The translations under genes and the position numbers were made by a program. From Macrostomum lignano (taxonomy: Eukaryota), in NCBI GenBank assembly GCA_002269645.1, contig NIVC01000073.1, forward strand, positions 62,001 to 126,000: a stretch of DNA of 64,000 nucleotides, written 5' to 3'. Below are positions 25,801-39,000 of this stretch, piece after piece. Below the pieces are notes generated by a model. That model saw only the letters and a list, made by a program, of their open reading frames with translations. It was not told the DNA's origin and did not search any database. Each line of letters opens with the position of its first letter. Position 1 is the first letter of the stretch.

Positions 25801-28800
25801 ATATATTGTATTTGTGACAATATTCGAGAGTCAAAGAACCAAAAAAATTGCTATTTGCACAGCAACTTGTGCGTGTTATTTTTAACACATACACGTAACC
25901 TGCATTTAACATAACAAATACTGCATGGATAATATTAGTATATATAATAATACTATAATAATAATAGTGTTCATAAAAAAATAATAAAAAGCTACAAATA
26001 ATATCAACTTATATTTATGACATACCTATGTACATGTTAGGATTAGGATCAAATAAAGTGACTATACATAGTCACATAGAATATGCTACATGCAACACTA
26101 TCATTATGAAACAAGGAATAACAAAAATACAATTTTAATCATGCCCTAAAACTTTTAACAAAAAGAAAGTATTTGAAGTACTTTTTATTATTCTCTTTTC
26201 TCAGTGCACATTGCAAAAGTGCATAGTTAAGTTTGTTACTTTGCATAAATAATAGAATAAATTCAAGACTGAAAAATTCAATGATAAGTCCAACTGGATG
26301 TTACTCGTAGTCCTAATATAAAAATGTCCTATACTTTTTCCCTCACCAGACCCAGTGAACACTACTACATAGTCTAAACCATGGTCATTTAGCATCTGGA
26401 GAGGGTATAGGGGAGAAGAAGAGATTTTTTCTTTAGAATTTCAAGGGGAAGGGTAATTTTTTCTTTATAATTTTTAGTGGGGAGGTGGGCCTCCCCCATC
26501 CCCTAGCTGCACCACTGCCCTATTGGAATAAAAAGTTGAAAACCTGCAGACGTGCACTTTAGAGTAGAGTCAAATTATTTTATCGCGCTTTAGCATTATT
26601 AGAGATGTTCCATTGCAATTGACAAAATCATCCATTTCAATCTGTCGAAATTGAAATTCGATAACTTTCCGAAATTGAAATTGAACTTGAAATTTTCCAA
26701 AATCAAAATTCAGAAAAACAAAGTTTAATATGACTAACACTTACTTTTTTACATTTTGATTTACTGCTTATGCAAAACAAAATACATGTATATGTAGCAG
26801 AAATTTCTCGCTGTTTATTTTTAGCCACTTAGACACTTTCAAAATTTTGACTTCCAATTTTTTTTAAATCAAAATTTGCTCTTAAAAATTTCAAATTTTG
26901 GAAAATTAAAATTGAAATTTCGGAACATCGCTAGGTATTATAAATGACAAGTTTATAGGCTCTTTCTACAGAGGTATTAGGCCCCCTTCCATGTATATTT
27001 ATTTGCTTGAGCAGCAGCCAGCAGGGAAGGGCACTGCGCTTTAGAAAAATTTCAAAAGTGCGCCGGATGCCATCCGCAGTTTTACAACTTTTTCCTATAG
27101 GGCACCACTGTAAGCAAGAAAATAATAGAAATAAAAAATACTTTTTAATAATAGCAAAAAATCATTGGCCATTGCTTACAACAAAACAGATAATAACTGC
27201 ACATTTTAATCTATGCAATATATATTTTGTATTTATTGCTATAACTCTTATCCACAATCAAATAGGCTTGTGTCAACTCAACCATTGACTTCAACAGAAG
27301 GGATAATTAAAAAGCGTACATTGGCTGGTCTACTTGCTAGACTTAAAACTTTTTCAGTAAGTATCTGATATATTTTGAATTATCTAATATTTGATGTTAC
27401 TAACAGAACCATTCAAACTTTTTTAGAGTTTATCCTGGTCAGTTAAACCAATTGAACTGTCCCCATTGGTCTGTGCCCAATATGGCTGGATTGGCAAAAA
27501 GCCAAATTTATTGGTTTGTGTCACTTGCAAAAACAACCTATGCATTAAGCTGCCAAGTGACTCAAAATTATGTAAGCACTTTAAGCTATGATTTATCTTC
27601 TTTTAATGTGTATTCTAGTTTTGTCAATTTTTTATTCCTTTTAGATAATCACTGTTTAAAAGAAGCAATTGAGAAGCTTTCTTCTAACCATGATAACCTG
27701 TGTCCATGGAAGTTGTTTCCTGCTATTGGTAAGCAATTGGTTTATACTACTAACTGTAGTAATAGTTACAGTCAAGTTTCATTAAGTTGCACTTCTCTTA
27801 CTAATGAACTAAGTTTCCACTTTTAAATTGCAGATGCAGAGCCAGTACTAAAATTCACCAATCCAGCTCAGGATTTTGAAATTTTAAACAGCATCGCTGA
27901 CTCGCTGTCTTGCCTTGCAAATGAAATTGATGATAGTTTGCAATTTAGCATTGGGGTGCGTGCCAAACCACCGTTTTTTTTTCTACTGGCTTTTTATGCG
28001 TCAAAATCCAACTTCCAGTGCCAATCTCAGCTGACGTCAGTCAAACAGTTTAAAGTCAAAGTATAATACTAAAATCCTATCCTTTACACTGTTAAGCCTC
28101 TCTGACTCCATGTCTACAGATTTACACAAGCTTGGCAATTAAATTGACAAATTTGAAATCCCAAGAATCACAACATATTCCTATTTTTGACGCTGCAAAA
28201 GAAACATGACATTTGCGAAAATTTGGAAGTTATTAACTCCGGAGGGGGAGAGAGAGGAAAAAGAAGAGAGGGAAGAGAGGAGAGGAGAGAGGCAAGAAAG
28301 GAGAGAGAGAGATGAGAGAGGAAAGAGAGTAGAGGAAGAGGGAGAAAGGAGAGGAGAGAGGGAAGAAAGGAGAGAAGAGAGGGAAGAAAGGACAGAAGAG
28401 AGGGAAGAAAGGAGAGGAGAGAGGGAAGAGAGGAGAGAAGAGAGGGAAGAAAGGAAATGAGAGAGGGAAGAAAGGAGTGGAGAGAGGGAAGAAAGGAGGG
28501 AAGAAAGGAGAGAAGAGAGGGAAGAAAGGAGAGGAGAGAGGGAAGAGAGGAGAGAAGAGAGGGAAGAAAGGAGAGGAGAGAAGAGAGGGAAGAAAGGAGA
28601 GGAGAGAGGGAAGAGAGGAGAGAAGAGAGGGAAGATCACAACATATGTGAGGAGAGAGGGAAGAAAGGAGAGGAGAGAGGGAAGAAAGGAGAGGAGAGAG
28701 GGAAGAAAGGAGAGAAGAGAGGGAAGAAAGGAGAGGAGAGAAGAGAGGGAAGAAAGGAGAGGAGAGAAGAGAGGGAAGAAAGGAGAGGAGAGAAGAGAGG

Positions 28801-29841
28801 GAAGAAAGGAGAGGAGAGAAGAGAGGGAAGAAAGGAGAGAAGAGAGGGAAGAGAGGAGAGAAGAGAGGGAAGAAAGGAGAGAAGAGAGGGAAGAGAGGAG
28901 AGAAGAGAGGGAAGAAAGGAGAGAAGAGAGGGAAGAAAGGAGAGGAGAGAAGAGAGGGAAGAAAGGAGAGAAGAGAGGGAAGAAAGGAGAGAAGAGAAGA
29001 GAGGGAAGAAAGGAGAGAAGAGAGGAGAGAAGAGAGGGAAGAGAGGAAAGAAAGTAGAGGAGAGGGGAAAGAAAGGAGAGATGGCAGAGAGGACTAGTCC
29101 ATCTGTGATAGCAGACTGAATTCACCCGCCTTTTAGGTTGATGCTGACACTGCAGAGGACTTCCTGAATTGCATAGCTGGTGCTGCCGCCACCTCCAGCG
29201 AAGTTGGCAGCGATGAACAACTGCAAATTCGCAGACGTCAGCGCTGCTTTCAACTGGCCATCACTGGCTGGTCCAGACCCAGTCCGGATTCCGATGAACT
29301 ATTGAAACACTTCAAATCTAGCCAGTGTCCCAGCATTCTGTCCTGCCAGTTTTGCCTTCGACGCCTCGGCGTGTGGAATCTTGTCAGGCTGGCCAATCGT
29401 CAGGAGCGTCAGCAACACGGAGAAGAGTCCACTGAATCAGAAGTGAATCTCAGCACTGGCAATCTGTTTAATAATGATTCTAATAGCCACATTGGCGACC
29501 AATTAGAAGGTGGCGTTGAACAGTCACGTGATGATGCTGACAATAGCGACGACGCAGTTGTTAGCCAGTCGTCCGAACAGCCAGCCAGTAAGCGAGCCCG
29601 ACTGAGCGAAGCGCCCGCCACCGCCGCTGCTAAGCTGGAGCTGCTCAGCTTGCACTGGCTCTGGTGTCCTTGGAGCTCCGGCCAAGTCACCAAAGCTTGG
29701 TGCGACAGCGTCCTGCTGGCCAGTCCCAAGCGGCGGCGCCGAAAACCTGCGATACCGACGACTACTGACCAGCAGCAGATATCGACTGTTGCCGCCGATG
29801 GTTGCGCCAAAGTTATGCAACTTTTGCGAAGCATTGTTTAG
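22824..29841 (+). CDS. ZC3HC1: ZC3HC1/NIPA-like C3HC zinc-finger protein, 410 aa; exons 22824-22909, 27266-27356, 27427-27571, 27645-27728, 27834-27955, 29137-29841
   Basis: ARLKTFS-SLSWSVKPIELSPLVCAQYGW...CVTC...HDNLCPW (zf-C3HC) and LAITGW...SCQFCLRRLGVW...HWLWCPW (Rsm1-like); all junctions are GT-AG and in phase. The first-exon assignment is less certain. Confidence 0.88.
23660..24420. repeat. CT-rich low-complexity tract
   Basis: Direct. Confidence 0.9.
25200..25673 (+). mobile_element. Possible non-autonomous Helitron/Helentron-like element
   Basis: 3' region AAATTTGGTG...AGCGGTTTGGGAG..., a short CA microsatellite and a TTTTATAGGTAGAGAT end resemble DINE/HINE-type ends; no TSD or ORF. 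Confidence 0.4.
26518..27102. mobile_element. ~585-bp MITE, second copy of the 18569-19155 family, in ZC3HC1 intron 1
   Basis: CCCTATTGG...CCTATAGGG termini; perfect 8-bp TSD CACCACTG. Confidence 0.88.
28240..29090. repeat. GA-rich purine tract in ZC3HC1 intron 5
   Basis: Direct. Confidence 0.95.
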
Positions 29842-29939
29842 CTCTCTGTGCGTGTGTGTTTTCGTATTGATGAACTGGTCTGCTGTTTTTAATTCTAGCA
29901 ACTGATCGTGCGGTTCTAATTGGTCTTTAGTTTAACACC

Positions 29940-30460
29940 ATCAGTATGATCCCTAGTTAAATCCCCAGTTAGATCCCTAGTTGGATCCCCAGTCTGATTC
30001 CTAGTTAGATCCCCAGTCTGATTCCTAGTTGGATCCCCAGTCTGATTCCTAGTTAGATCCCCAGTCTGATTCCTAGTTGGATCCCCAGTCTGATTCCTAG
30101 TTAAATCCCCAGTCTGATTCCTAGTTGGATCCCCAGTCTGATTCCTAGTTGGATCCCCAGTCTGATTCCTAGTTGGATCCCCAGTCTGATTCCTAGTTGG
30201 ATCCCCAGTCTGATTCCTAGTTGGATCCCCAGTCTGATCCCTATTTAGATCCCCAGTCTGATCCCTAGTTAGATCCCCTGTCTGATCCCTATTTAGATCC
30301 CCAGTCTGATCCCTATTTAGATCCCCAGTCTGATCCCTAGTTAGATCCCCAGTCTGATCCCTATTTAGATCCCCAGTCTGATCCCTAGTTAGATCCACAG
30401 TCTGATCTCTTGTAAGATCCTCAGTCTGATCCCTAGTTAGATCGACAGTCTGATCCCTAA
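29940..30460. repeat. 24-bp minisatellite (CCCCAGTCTGATTCCTAGTTGGAT)
   Basis: Direct. Confidence 0.95.
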
Positions 30461-31029
30461 GTTGATGTATAGTTGAGTTCTTAGAATTTGTTTAAGTATC
30501 TTATCAAGTTATAGTCTATCAATCGCATGCAGTAGCATAGACCTACAGTACATGCGCTTCTCTAGCCATGTAAGTAGTGAGTCCAGCATTTTTACCCTGT
30601 TTAAACTCTAATTTACTTTTTCCATCTCATAATTAACGTTTCCATATTCGAATCCCGTCGCCGTATGCGCTCGTGTGTGTAAAATCATCATCGAGTCCGT
30701 GCCTATTTCTTATTTTATCCGTGCGAGTCCTGTTGAGTAATCGGCAGCACCTCAGAAAGAAATATAATTCCATTTCGTGCTGCTTCATTCATTTAGAAGG
30801 GCCGCCTTTTTCTGGGCATTCAGTACAAAATTTAACGAGCCATATGGATGTTTTTCGAATTCTTTTTTATCCCGCGTAGCGTGGATGCGATGTTACAGTT
30901 CATTAAATCCCCTGCGATGCAACAGTTATGCGCCCTTTCAGCCACAAAGTTCTAAAAAATTGAGTTTTTTGCAATGCAAATTAATTAGAATTTGTAGGAT
31001 ATGTCTCTGTCTTGTACCTGCCGGCAGCA

Positions 31030-32170
31030 CACCAGCCTCCCCACTCGGCAACGCTCCCACACCCTCAGCACAACAGCCACCCCACTCCACAACGCTCCCA
31101 CACCCTCAGCACAACAGCCACCCCACTCCACAACGCTCCCACACCCTCAGCACAACAGCCACCCCACTCCGCAACGCTCCCACACCCTCAGCACAACAGC
31201 CACCCCACTCCGCAACGCTCCCACACCCTCAGCACAACAGCCACTCCACTCCGCAACGCTCCCACACCCTCAGCACAACAGCCACTACACTCCGCAACGC
31301 TCCCACACCCTCAGCACAACAGAACCCCACTCCGCAACGCTCCCACACCCTCAGCACAACAGCCACTCCACTCCGCAACGCTCCCACACCCTCAGCACAA
31401 CAGAACCCCACTCCGCAACGCTCCCACACCCTCAGCACAACAGCCACTACACTCCGCAACGCTCCCACACCCTCAGCACAACAGCCACTCCACTCCGCAA
31501 CGCTCCCACACCCTCAGCACAACAGAACCCCACTCCGCAACGCTCCCACACCCTCAGCACAACAGCCACCCCACTCCACAACGCTCCCACACCCTCAGCA
31601 CAACAGCCACCCCACTCCGCAACGCTCCCACACCCTCAGCACAACAGCCACTCCACTCCGCAACGCTCCCACACCCTCAGCACAACAGAACCCCACTCCG
31701 CAACGCTCCCACACCCTCAGCACAACAGCCACTACACTCCGCAACGCTCCCACACCCTCAGCACAACAGAACCCCACTCCGCAACGCTCCCACACCCTCA
31801 GCACAACAGCCACTCCACTCCGCAACGCTCCCACACCCTCAGCACAACAGAACCCCACTCCGCAACGCTCCCACACCCTCAGCACAACAGCCACTCCACT
31901 CCGCAACGCTCCCACACCCTCAGCACAACAGAACCCCACTCCGCAACGCTCCCACACCCTCAGCACAACAGCCACTCCACTCCGCAACGCTCCCACACCC
32001 TCTGCACAACAGCCACTCCACTCCGCAACGCTCCCACACCCTCAGCACAACAGAACCCCACTCCGCAACGCTCCCACACCCTCAGCACAACAGCCACTCC
32101 ACTCCGCAACGCTCCCACACCCTCTGCACAACAGCCACTCCACTCCGCAACGCTCCCACACCCGCACCAC
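31030..32170. repeat. 40-41 bp minisatellite (CAGCACAACAGCCACTCCACTCCGCAACGCTCCCACACCCT)
   Basis: Direct. Confidence 0.95.
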
Positions 32171-32519
32171 TCCACTACCCATGAAATGTATACTCACTGC
32201 ACTTCATAAGTACATGTACATGTATGCTGACGTACAGAATTTCATGGGTACATTGACAACTCAAATAAAAAACGCAGCATTCGAGAGAGTAGATTTTTCT
32301 AGACTGACTTTGTCTATGACAAAATCTCATTCAGGGCTATGCGTTCCCTACGATAGCGCTGAAAGTATGCCTTGGTACATGTAAATGTTTTCTTGTCACA
32401 AGTTATCTGATGAACAATCTGGAGAATTATAAAGCGTATACTAGTGTAACAACATTTGCCAAGTGCTATAAATGTACATGTACCAGTAATTTACATGCAC
32501 ATGGACATGTACAACACAA

Positions 32520-32730
32520 TAATAATTATAATAATTGATTACACCAGCCCCAACGGGCAAGTGTGCAGCCATGAACAGCTTAGCCACATCTAAAAGCTGC
32601 GTTCAGCTGTTCAGTCCTTGAGGGGTCGCCACACACGGCACTCTTTAAATATCCCCAGCTAATGCTGGCACTCATTTCACAGCTGGGTGAACTGAAGCAA
32701 CGCAGATTTAAGCGTCTTGCTTTAGAGGAT
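32520..32730 (-). mobile_element. SINE family 1, 5'-truncated
   Basis: CCCCAGCTAATGCTGGCAC.CATTT.ACAGCTGGGT.AACTGAAGCA shared with 6270-6603; same tail. Confidence 0.8.
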
Positions 32731-32892
32731 ACAAATTGTTCCTCGACCTTTAAGTCGTGAGGGGGCTACACCCCCTCCTAGGCTGCAATTACATGTGTAC
32801 AACATAACATGAATTTTAGTAGTACATGTACATGTAATATTGTTTAAAATAAGCATGTCTATAAATCTCAATTGATCAGTGCTGAGGTGAAA

Positions 32893-34890
32893 TTACGAGC
32901 GTACAAGCGATTCAATAGTTTTCATTTCAATTCGACCGTCAAACTCCGTGTCTGTTTCATCTCCTCCCAGCTCGAACGTTGCCGGGACTCCGATGGTCAT
33001 GCTAGGGCCCGCCGCAGCAGATGTCACTGCAGCGTCTTCCGCGTCAGCGCCGCCAACGATGGTCGTGCAGAAGCTCTTCGTGGTCTCCAGCTCCGAGCGC
33101 AGCCGGCTAGTAAACCGGCGGCGGCCTCGTCGAGCTGCCTCTGCGTACTCGAGGCTGGCCGCGCTGCTGCACCGACGGCTGGGTCGGCTGCTAGCTTGTC
33201 GAAGTCGGATTGTCAACCCGCGGCCGGTGTCCCGGAAGTTGCCGCTGCTACCAGTAGCGCCTGAACGTCCGTTGGTCAGCAGGCGCGCCAGGCCGTCAGT
33301 GAATTTCTCGTGTGCGCAGTTGTACACCAGAATGTTTAACGTGGAGTTCAGGCACGTGAGAAAATTGGCCGTGAAACCGACAGCTTGCCAGCGTTGATTC
33401 ATCGGGTCGATTGATTTGAGCACGGTGGGCCACTCGCAGACCAGGAACAGGGTGCACAGCAGCAGGACGGTACGGTTGCGAGCTCGGAAGCGTTCGCACG
33501 GCTCCAGGTTCAGCGACATTCGCCGTCGGCTGTGCCGCACCAGGTACTGCACCAGGAGGAGGCTGAACACCAGCAGGCAGATTATGGGCCCGACGTTCTG
33601 GAAGACGCAGAGCACCAATCCCAGGTAGGCAATGCGATAGGCCGCCAGCTGGCCAAGCAGACCATCGATGTGCGTCACCTGAAACGGCGAGCGTCCCGTT
33701 GAGGCGCGTTGTGGACAACTGGTAGTTAGCTACTAGCTCGTAATTTCAATACTATCATTTTCTTGCATCTTCTGATTGTGATTTGTTTGCTGCGGAACAA
33801 TTAGTGCATTTGTGCCTGTGTGGTCATTGTGGACTGCAGGCGCATGGTTGTTTCACTCGAGTTACTGAGAAATTAGCTGGAGGCCGATAAGGAACTTTTA
33901 TTTGTATTTTTTGTATTGCTAATGGTAATAATCATAATTGATTGCACCTGCCGCAATTGGACCAGATGTGCAACCGACAGCTCAGCCGCAGCTATTGCGC
34001 GGCGCTTCTGAAGGCTGCTCAGTCCAAGGACTGGGGGGGGGGGGTCGCCACACACACCCTCAATTACCCCAGCTAATGCTGGCACCCATTTTACAGCTGG
34101 GTAAACTGAAGCAGTGCAGAGTTAAGTGGCTTGCTCATCTTTCATGGCGCGAGTCCGACGCTCTACCACTAGGCTACAACCTTCGCGTTGCTACTACATA
34201 GTGCATTAATTCAGTATGGCTTTGGGGAACTGAATGCGAAAAGAAAATATTTTTCCTCCGCACAATACTCACCTGATAGTTTGTCGAGCAAACCACCACC
34301 TGAAATTCGAACAGCCTGGGAGCCGACACCAGCACGCTCAAGAGGGTTGCCAGGCCTAAAACCTGACGAATTCGTCGCTTACTAGTTGGCCAGAAGCTCC
34401 GTCTACCGCCGCCATTTCCGTTGACCTGATCGCCGCTGCTGACCCCCTGCGCAGGCAGACTCTGCGACACCACAACCCAGCGATAATAGCTGATCAGGAC
34501 CACGCACCAGTTGCGCATGAGGTGGGCAGCGGTGAGCAGACACAGGCTCAGCATCAGTAGGACGCACACTGCGTAAGCGGAACCCAACGATGGCAGTGTG
34601 AGGTGGTTGGTGTCCATGCAGAACACCACCGCGTGATTGCAGGCGAACACAGCCTGGAACACGGCTTCGACCAGAGACAGCAGCATGAGCAGTCGGTTGA
34701 ACTGACGTCTAGGACGCATCGATCGGAATACCAGGAAGCAGATCAGGTTCAACAGGAAGTTGCTGGAGGTCAGACAGACAACAAGGCCGTAGTAGAACCG
34801 GACGGCCGGGTTTTCCTGCAGGAAACGCGAGTTGTGCTTAGTTGCGTTCTCGCACTCGTGCGACCGGTTCCCGGATCGGAATATCATCAT
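32893..34890 (-). CDS. Orphan rhodopsin-family (peptide-receptor-like) GPCR, ~467 aa; exons 34890-34273 and 33678-32893
   Basis: Seven hydrophobic segments: TM1 NFLLNLICF, TM3 ending SYYRW, TM4 SAPRLFE, TM6 FLVCEWP, TM7 NSTLNILVY. Phase-0 GTGAGT donor and TTTCAG acceptor. Confidence 0.85.
33920..34180 (-). mobile_element. SINE family 1 copy in the GPCR intron
   Basis: tRNA-like head GTAGCCTAGTGGTAGAGCGTCGG, CORE-like block and tail. Confidence 0.82.
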
Positions 34891-35739
34891 CACGTGATAG
34901 TCAGGTCCAGCTGTGAATCCGCCGCAATTATTTACGCTTTTGCAAACCGTCCGAGCCGCCAAACTAAGGCAGTGTGGAAATGACCCAGGCGAGAAAATAA
35001 TCGAAGCGTCGTATGCAAAAAATGATTCGCAGCTCTGCTTTAGTCCGCTGCGGCGACCGCCGTGGCCTTTTTAGGAGCTCGCAGGCCTCCTCATTCTCCC
35101 GGAGGGAGATTATCGAAAAAAATCGCCCCACCAGGATGAAAGCCCAATGGCTGCCCAGCGTCTCAGCCAAGGCGAATCGACTATTAGCTCTTGTGCTAGC
35201 TAGCTAGCTATGGCTCCTAAATCCAGTTGCAACTCAATACGCGGCCCCCATCATGTCAGTGCAAGGTGAAATATAACAGAACTTCTCTAATGCCGCCTAC
35301 TTCCCGGTCTAATGTACGCATAAAAAGTAGCTTGATTCTGTGATTGTGTATTAAGAGCTAGATTATCCCTTGGCTCTCCTCGTATCTCCAGGCAGCCTGG
35401 GGGGGGGGGGGGGTTATTGACCGTCATTGCAAGTCAAGTGGCTCCGTCTGCAGGCAAAGGGCGAAGGGTGACTCCCAGCCCCATCTCTACACTTTGCAGT
35501 CCATGTATTTGACCATTAAGCTGTTATGCTACGGCGAGAATCGATTACTACGCTCGAATAGCCATAGCCGAATGTGGTCAATTCTCGGTCAATTATTTTC
35601 CTCTCTAAGTCTAACTAACAACCCTGATATGGTTGCTGTCATGCAGCTTAGCGCATTGTTCAATGGGGTACGCTGAGAGATAAAAGCCAGGTCTGACATC
35701 GTTAATAATATTATAGGGGAGCTTAACAGATCAAGGACT

Positions 35740-36050
35740 CCTAGAACTCATCTGGACTGGAATAGAACCGAAAGACCATATACATGTACTTTTATAAAAC
35801 TCATCTGGACTGGAAGGAAACCGAGTTCAGAAACCATGGACTCCCATACAACGCATTTGGACTGGAAAAGAAACCTAGAGATACCATGGACTCCTATAGA
35901 ACTCATCTGGTCTGGAAGGAAACCGAGAGAAGTCAGAGACATCTATCGACTCATCTGGACGGACTTCTCTCGGTTTGCTTCCAATCCGGAGAGTTTTAGG
36001 AGTCCCTGGTTTCTCTCGGTTTGCTGCCAACCCAGGTAATTTTTAAGACT
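35740..36050. repeat. Degenerate ~50-bp repeats (CTCATCTGGACTGGAA) with a local inverted repeat
   Basis: AAACCGAGAGAAGTC / GACTTCTCTCGGTTT hairpin arms. Confidence 0.55.
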
Positions 36051-39000
36051 CCCTGTCTGCTTCGTCTGCTTTAATTCCAGTCCACAGGATCTCTGTCCAT
36101 AAAATGTTCATAAACTCTAAAAGACTCACCGACATACGGGTATTATTGCGTACGTCTGCTTGGGGGCAATATGAGCGGCCAAATAAGGGCGTGTACTTGA
36201 TACATGGAAAGATACATCGTCTCCTTTACTACTCTACAATCAAAGTACCTTTTTAACCTCTAGTAAATTGGCTCACTTAAACTGCCTGCCCAACAAAAAG
36301 AAATTGAGCGAACAGAAAAAAATGTAACAATTTGATCTCATGGTGGACGGAGGCGGCGTACTTTGATGCAGATCGCTTTTGAGCTAAAATCTAATTGCTA
36401 ACTCTATCTATGGTTTCTATGGACACATAAGTGGTTAATGAGTGGTCCATCTTGTGTACATAGCTCGGATGATCAAAATTGGTCACTACTGGTCGAGATT
36501 TTTCAACCGATTTTGTCTACTGGCGTCGAACCATCATGTAGCGCGATGCGTTCTCGAGAGCACACTAAATGCACTACTAGAGATACCACAAATATGTACT
36601 TTTACATCGACAGATAAGCAGAATGATCCTACCTCGGTACACGGCGTTGAATGCGCGGAGCCGCGTGGTCTGAATAAAATTGAAAAAAAGCGTCGTGTGC
36701 TACGCAATCGGTGCAACAGTCAGAGTTTCAACTATGCAGCCGATCCATGTAGAGTACATGGATAATGAGGGTTGCCCTCTGCTTTGATGGCTAAAGTTTT
36801 TCAAGTTTATAAACCTATTCGTAGGAGGGCCGGCCGTGGGCACTCTCATGGTACAGCATCGTCCCTCATCGTCCTTCAAGCAGCGCTGAGGCTGTTCTTC
36901 CGGTGACGCCTGAGCACAGAGTGTACACAAGGACAACTTGTCCTTGAGTGTCCAGCAGCCCTTGGATAATTTCTAATTGTTAGGCATGTTGCACTCTGTG
37001 TGCCACACTCAATGTTCCTGGCTGTGAATCGTCAATGTTCATGCACGCAAGCCTCAAATGAATCAGGTGCGAGAGTTTACCGCTAAGTTGTTTTTTCTTC
37101 TCAGTACCAAAACCAGCGCCTTTTGCCTTTTCAATGAGAAGAAACTTTTTATGCATTTTCTCAGTTATTCTCAGATATTAAAGCTCAGACGACAGTCCTC
37201 CTATACTTTCTAAAAGCAGAGACCATACAACTTAGCAATACATACACACCTGATGATGCAATGCAACTTTTCTACAGGTGCCGAGATCGACTCTTATTCA
37301 GACTCTAAACAACGACATCATGAACTTGCACCTATGCATTTGTGAGTAGATTTTAATGCCTGTGGTTTACTCGTGCTACCAAAGCGTCAAAATCGATACC
37401 CACTTCTGGGAGCACAGGTGATTGTTGCGCTGGCCCATTGTTGGACGGTAATGCTAGCAACATCTGCTCACACAAAGCTAAGCGAGGCCGTTTCGAACCC
37501 CCGGCGCGACGCTGAAATACGAAATTGTCAGGATCGGAATGCTCAAGTAGCTCCTACATCAGCCGGGTTCACGTCTTCATCAGCTCCGGCTACAAACTGG
37601 AGAGCATGGCCGTTGAAATCGATGAGCAAATCCACTGCGCCACTCATCATCATTCTGGCGACTAGGTGTCCTCCTGGGCAAAGATATTCGACTTTATTCG
37701 ATTAATTAAAGCAGTTCGAAAAACATTTCACCGGTGGACAAAAACAGCCGCGCTCGCCAGGCAATCGTTGTCACGCACTGGGACCGCTGATTATGTATCC
37801 CCCACTTGCCCCGGGCAAACGTCTATGGTCTCTGTGTAAATTTCATTTATTTGCATTTATTTTAATGCAATTTATTTCAATAATAAATTGATTATTTATT
37901 ATTTCAATATTTCAATAATATTTATTTATTTGATTTTTTTCAAAACTGAGCAAAACCTTTTCTCTGCATGTATGTGTTAAGAAACTCTCATTCTTTTCCT
38001 TCTCTGAGTAACTGCGAGTAGCATTTTGTGGCCATAGACAAAAACCTTCGCATTCACCGCATGTCTGAATCTGCAGAATATGGTATAGAAATTCTGCTAT
38101 AGACCATAGACATTAAATCATTTTTTAAAAATTGTCTTAACGTTCTTAAATGTGGGGACTCAGCCCCCACATCCCCGCAAGGTGGCTAAGCGCCCCCTTG
38201 ACCCCGCTTTCCAGCTGTTACGCTGCTTCTACTCGTACTTTTAAGTGGTGGATACATCACATATTCCCCATTTATACCAGTGTTAGGGCAATAAATGTTT
38301 CAGTGACTTGTTTATTGACCGAGGCGACGCCGATATATGCATATATCGCATGCATAATAAAGGCAGCAATATAAAGGCAAATATTTCTGCAGCAATATTT
38401 TAAAATTTTATAAAAGTAAATTATTGATTATATGTAACTACGATAATTAAGTTTGATTTAACGGAAACAATTTTCCTGAAAAACCAATCGCCTATATGCG
38501 CATGTACTTGCAGTTATAAGACCAAAGCATGCATCTACACATGCTCTTGGGGAGGTACACGCTCGTACCATCCCCATGCTAAATCATCATCATGTACTTT
38601 GTACAGATGTCCAAGAAATAGTTATATGATACTCTTCATTCTATGCTCAGAAAAAAAATTGAAAGTAATATATAAGTAGATTGTTCTAGATAAACTGTGA
38701 CCTAAAAATTATCTATTATTTTTTTGGAAACATCGGCGTGTCAAAGCAAATTCAGCACATAGGTAACGGATTTAATCGCACGTTAATTCCCGTTTAAACA
38801 AATACATTTCTTTTTGATACTTTTTGAAGTTAGGAAGTATAAATAAAATAAATAACACAAATTTTTATACGTATACAAAAAATATTTTGCTCAATCGTTT
38901 GATACAAACTTCCTAAAAATAGTTATGGTAGAGCAAAGGAATGGGTTCAACTTGTATTCTAGGAGCCTTTTCACTTTCACATAACCAAACCAAAACTCTA

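Noticed and set aside
26201-26395. TGSGEGKS as a P-loop
   Set aside because: The spacing is GxxxGK, not GxxxxGK[ST], and there is no supporting domain.
28181-29125. Glu/Arg-rich and Leu/Ser-rich ORFs
   Set aside because: GA-rich tract inside a ZC3HC1 intron.
29916-32384. QTGD-repeat and Pro/Thr mucin-like ORFs up to 535 aa
   Set aside because: 24-bp and 40/41-bp tandem repeats, open in multiple frames, with no domain context.
34891-34962. N-terminal extension of the GPCR ORF
   Set aside because: It begins at TTG; the first ATG is at 34890, just after an acceptor-like site.
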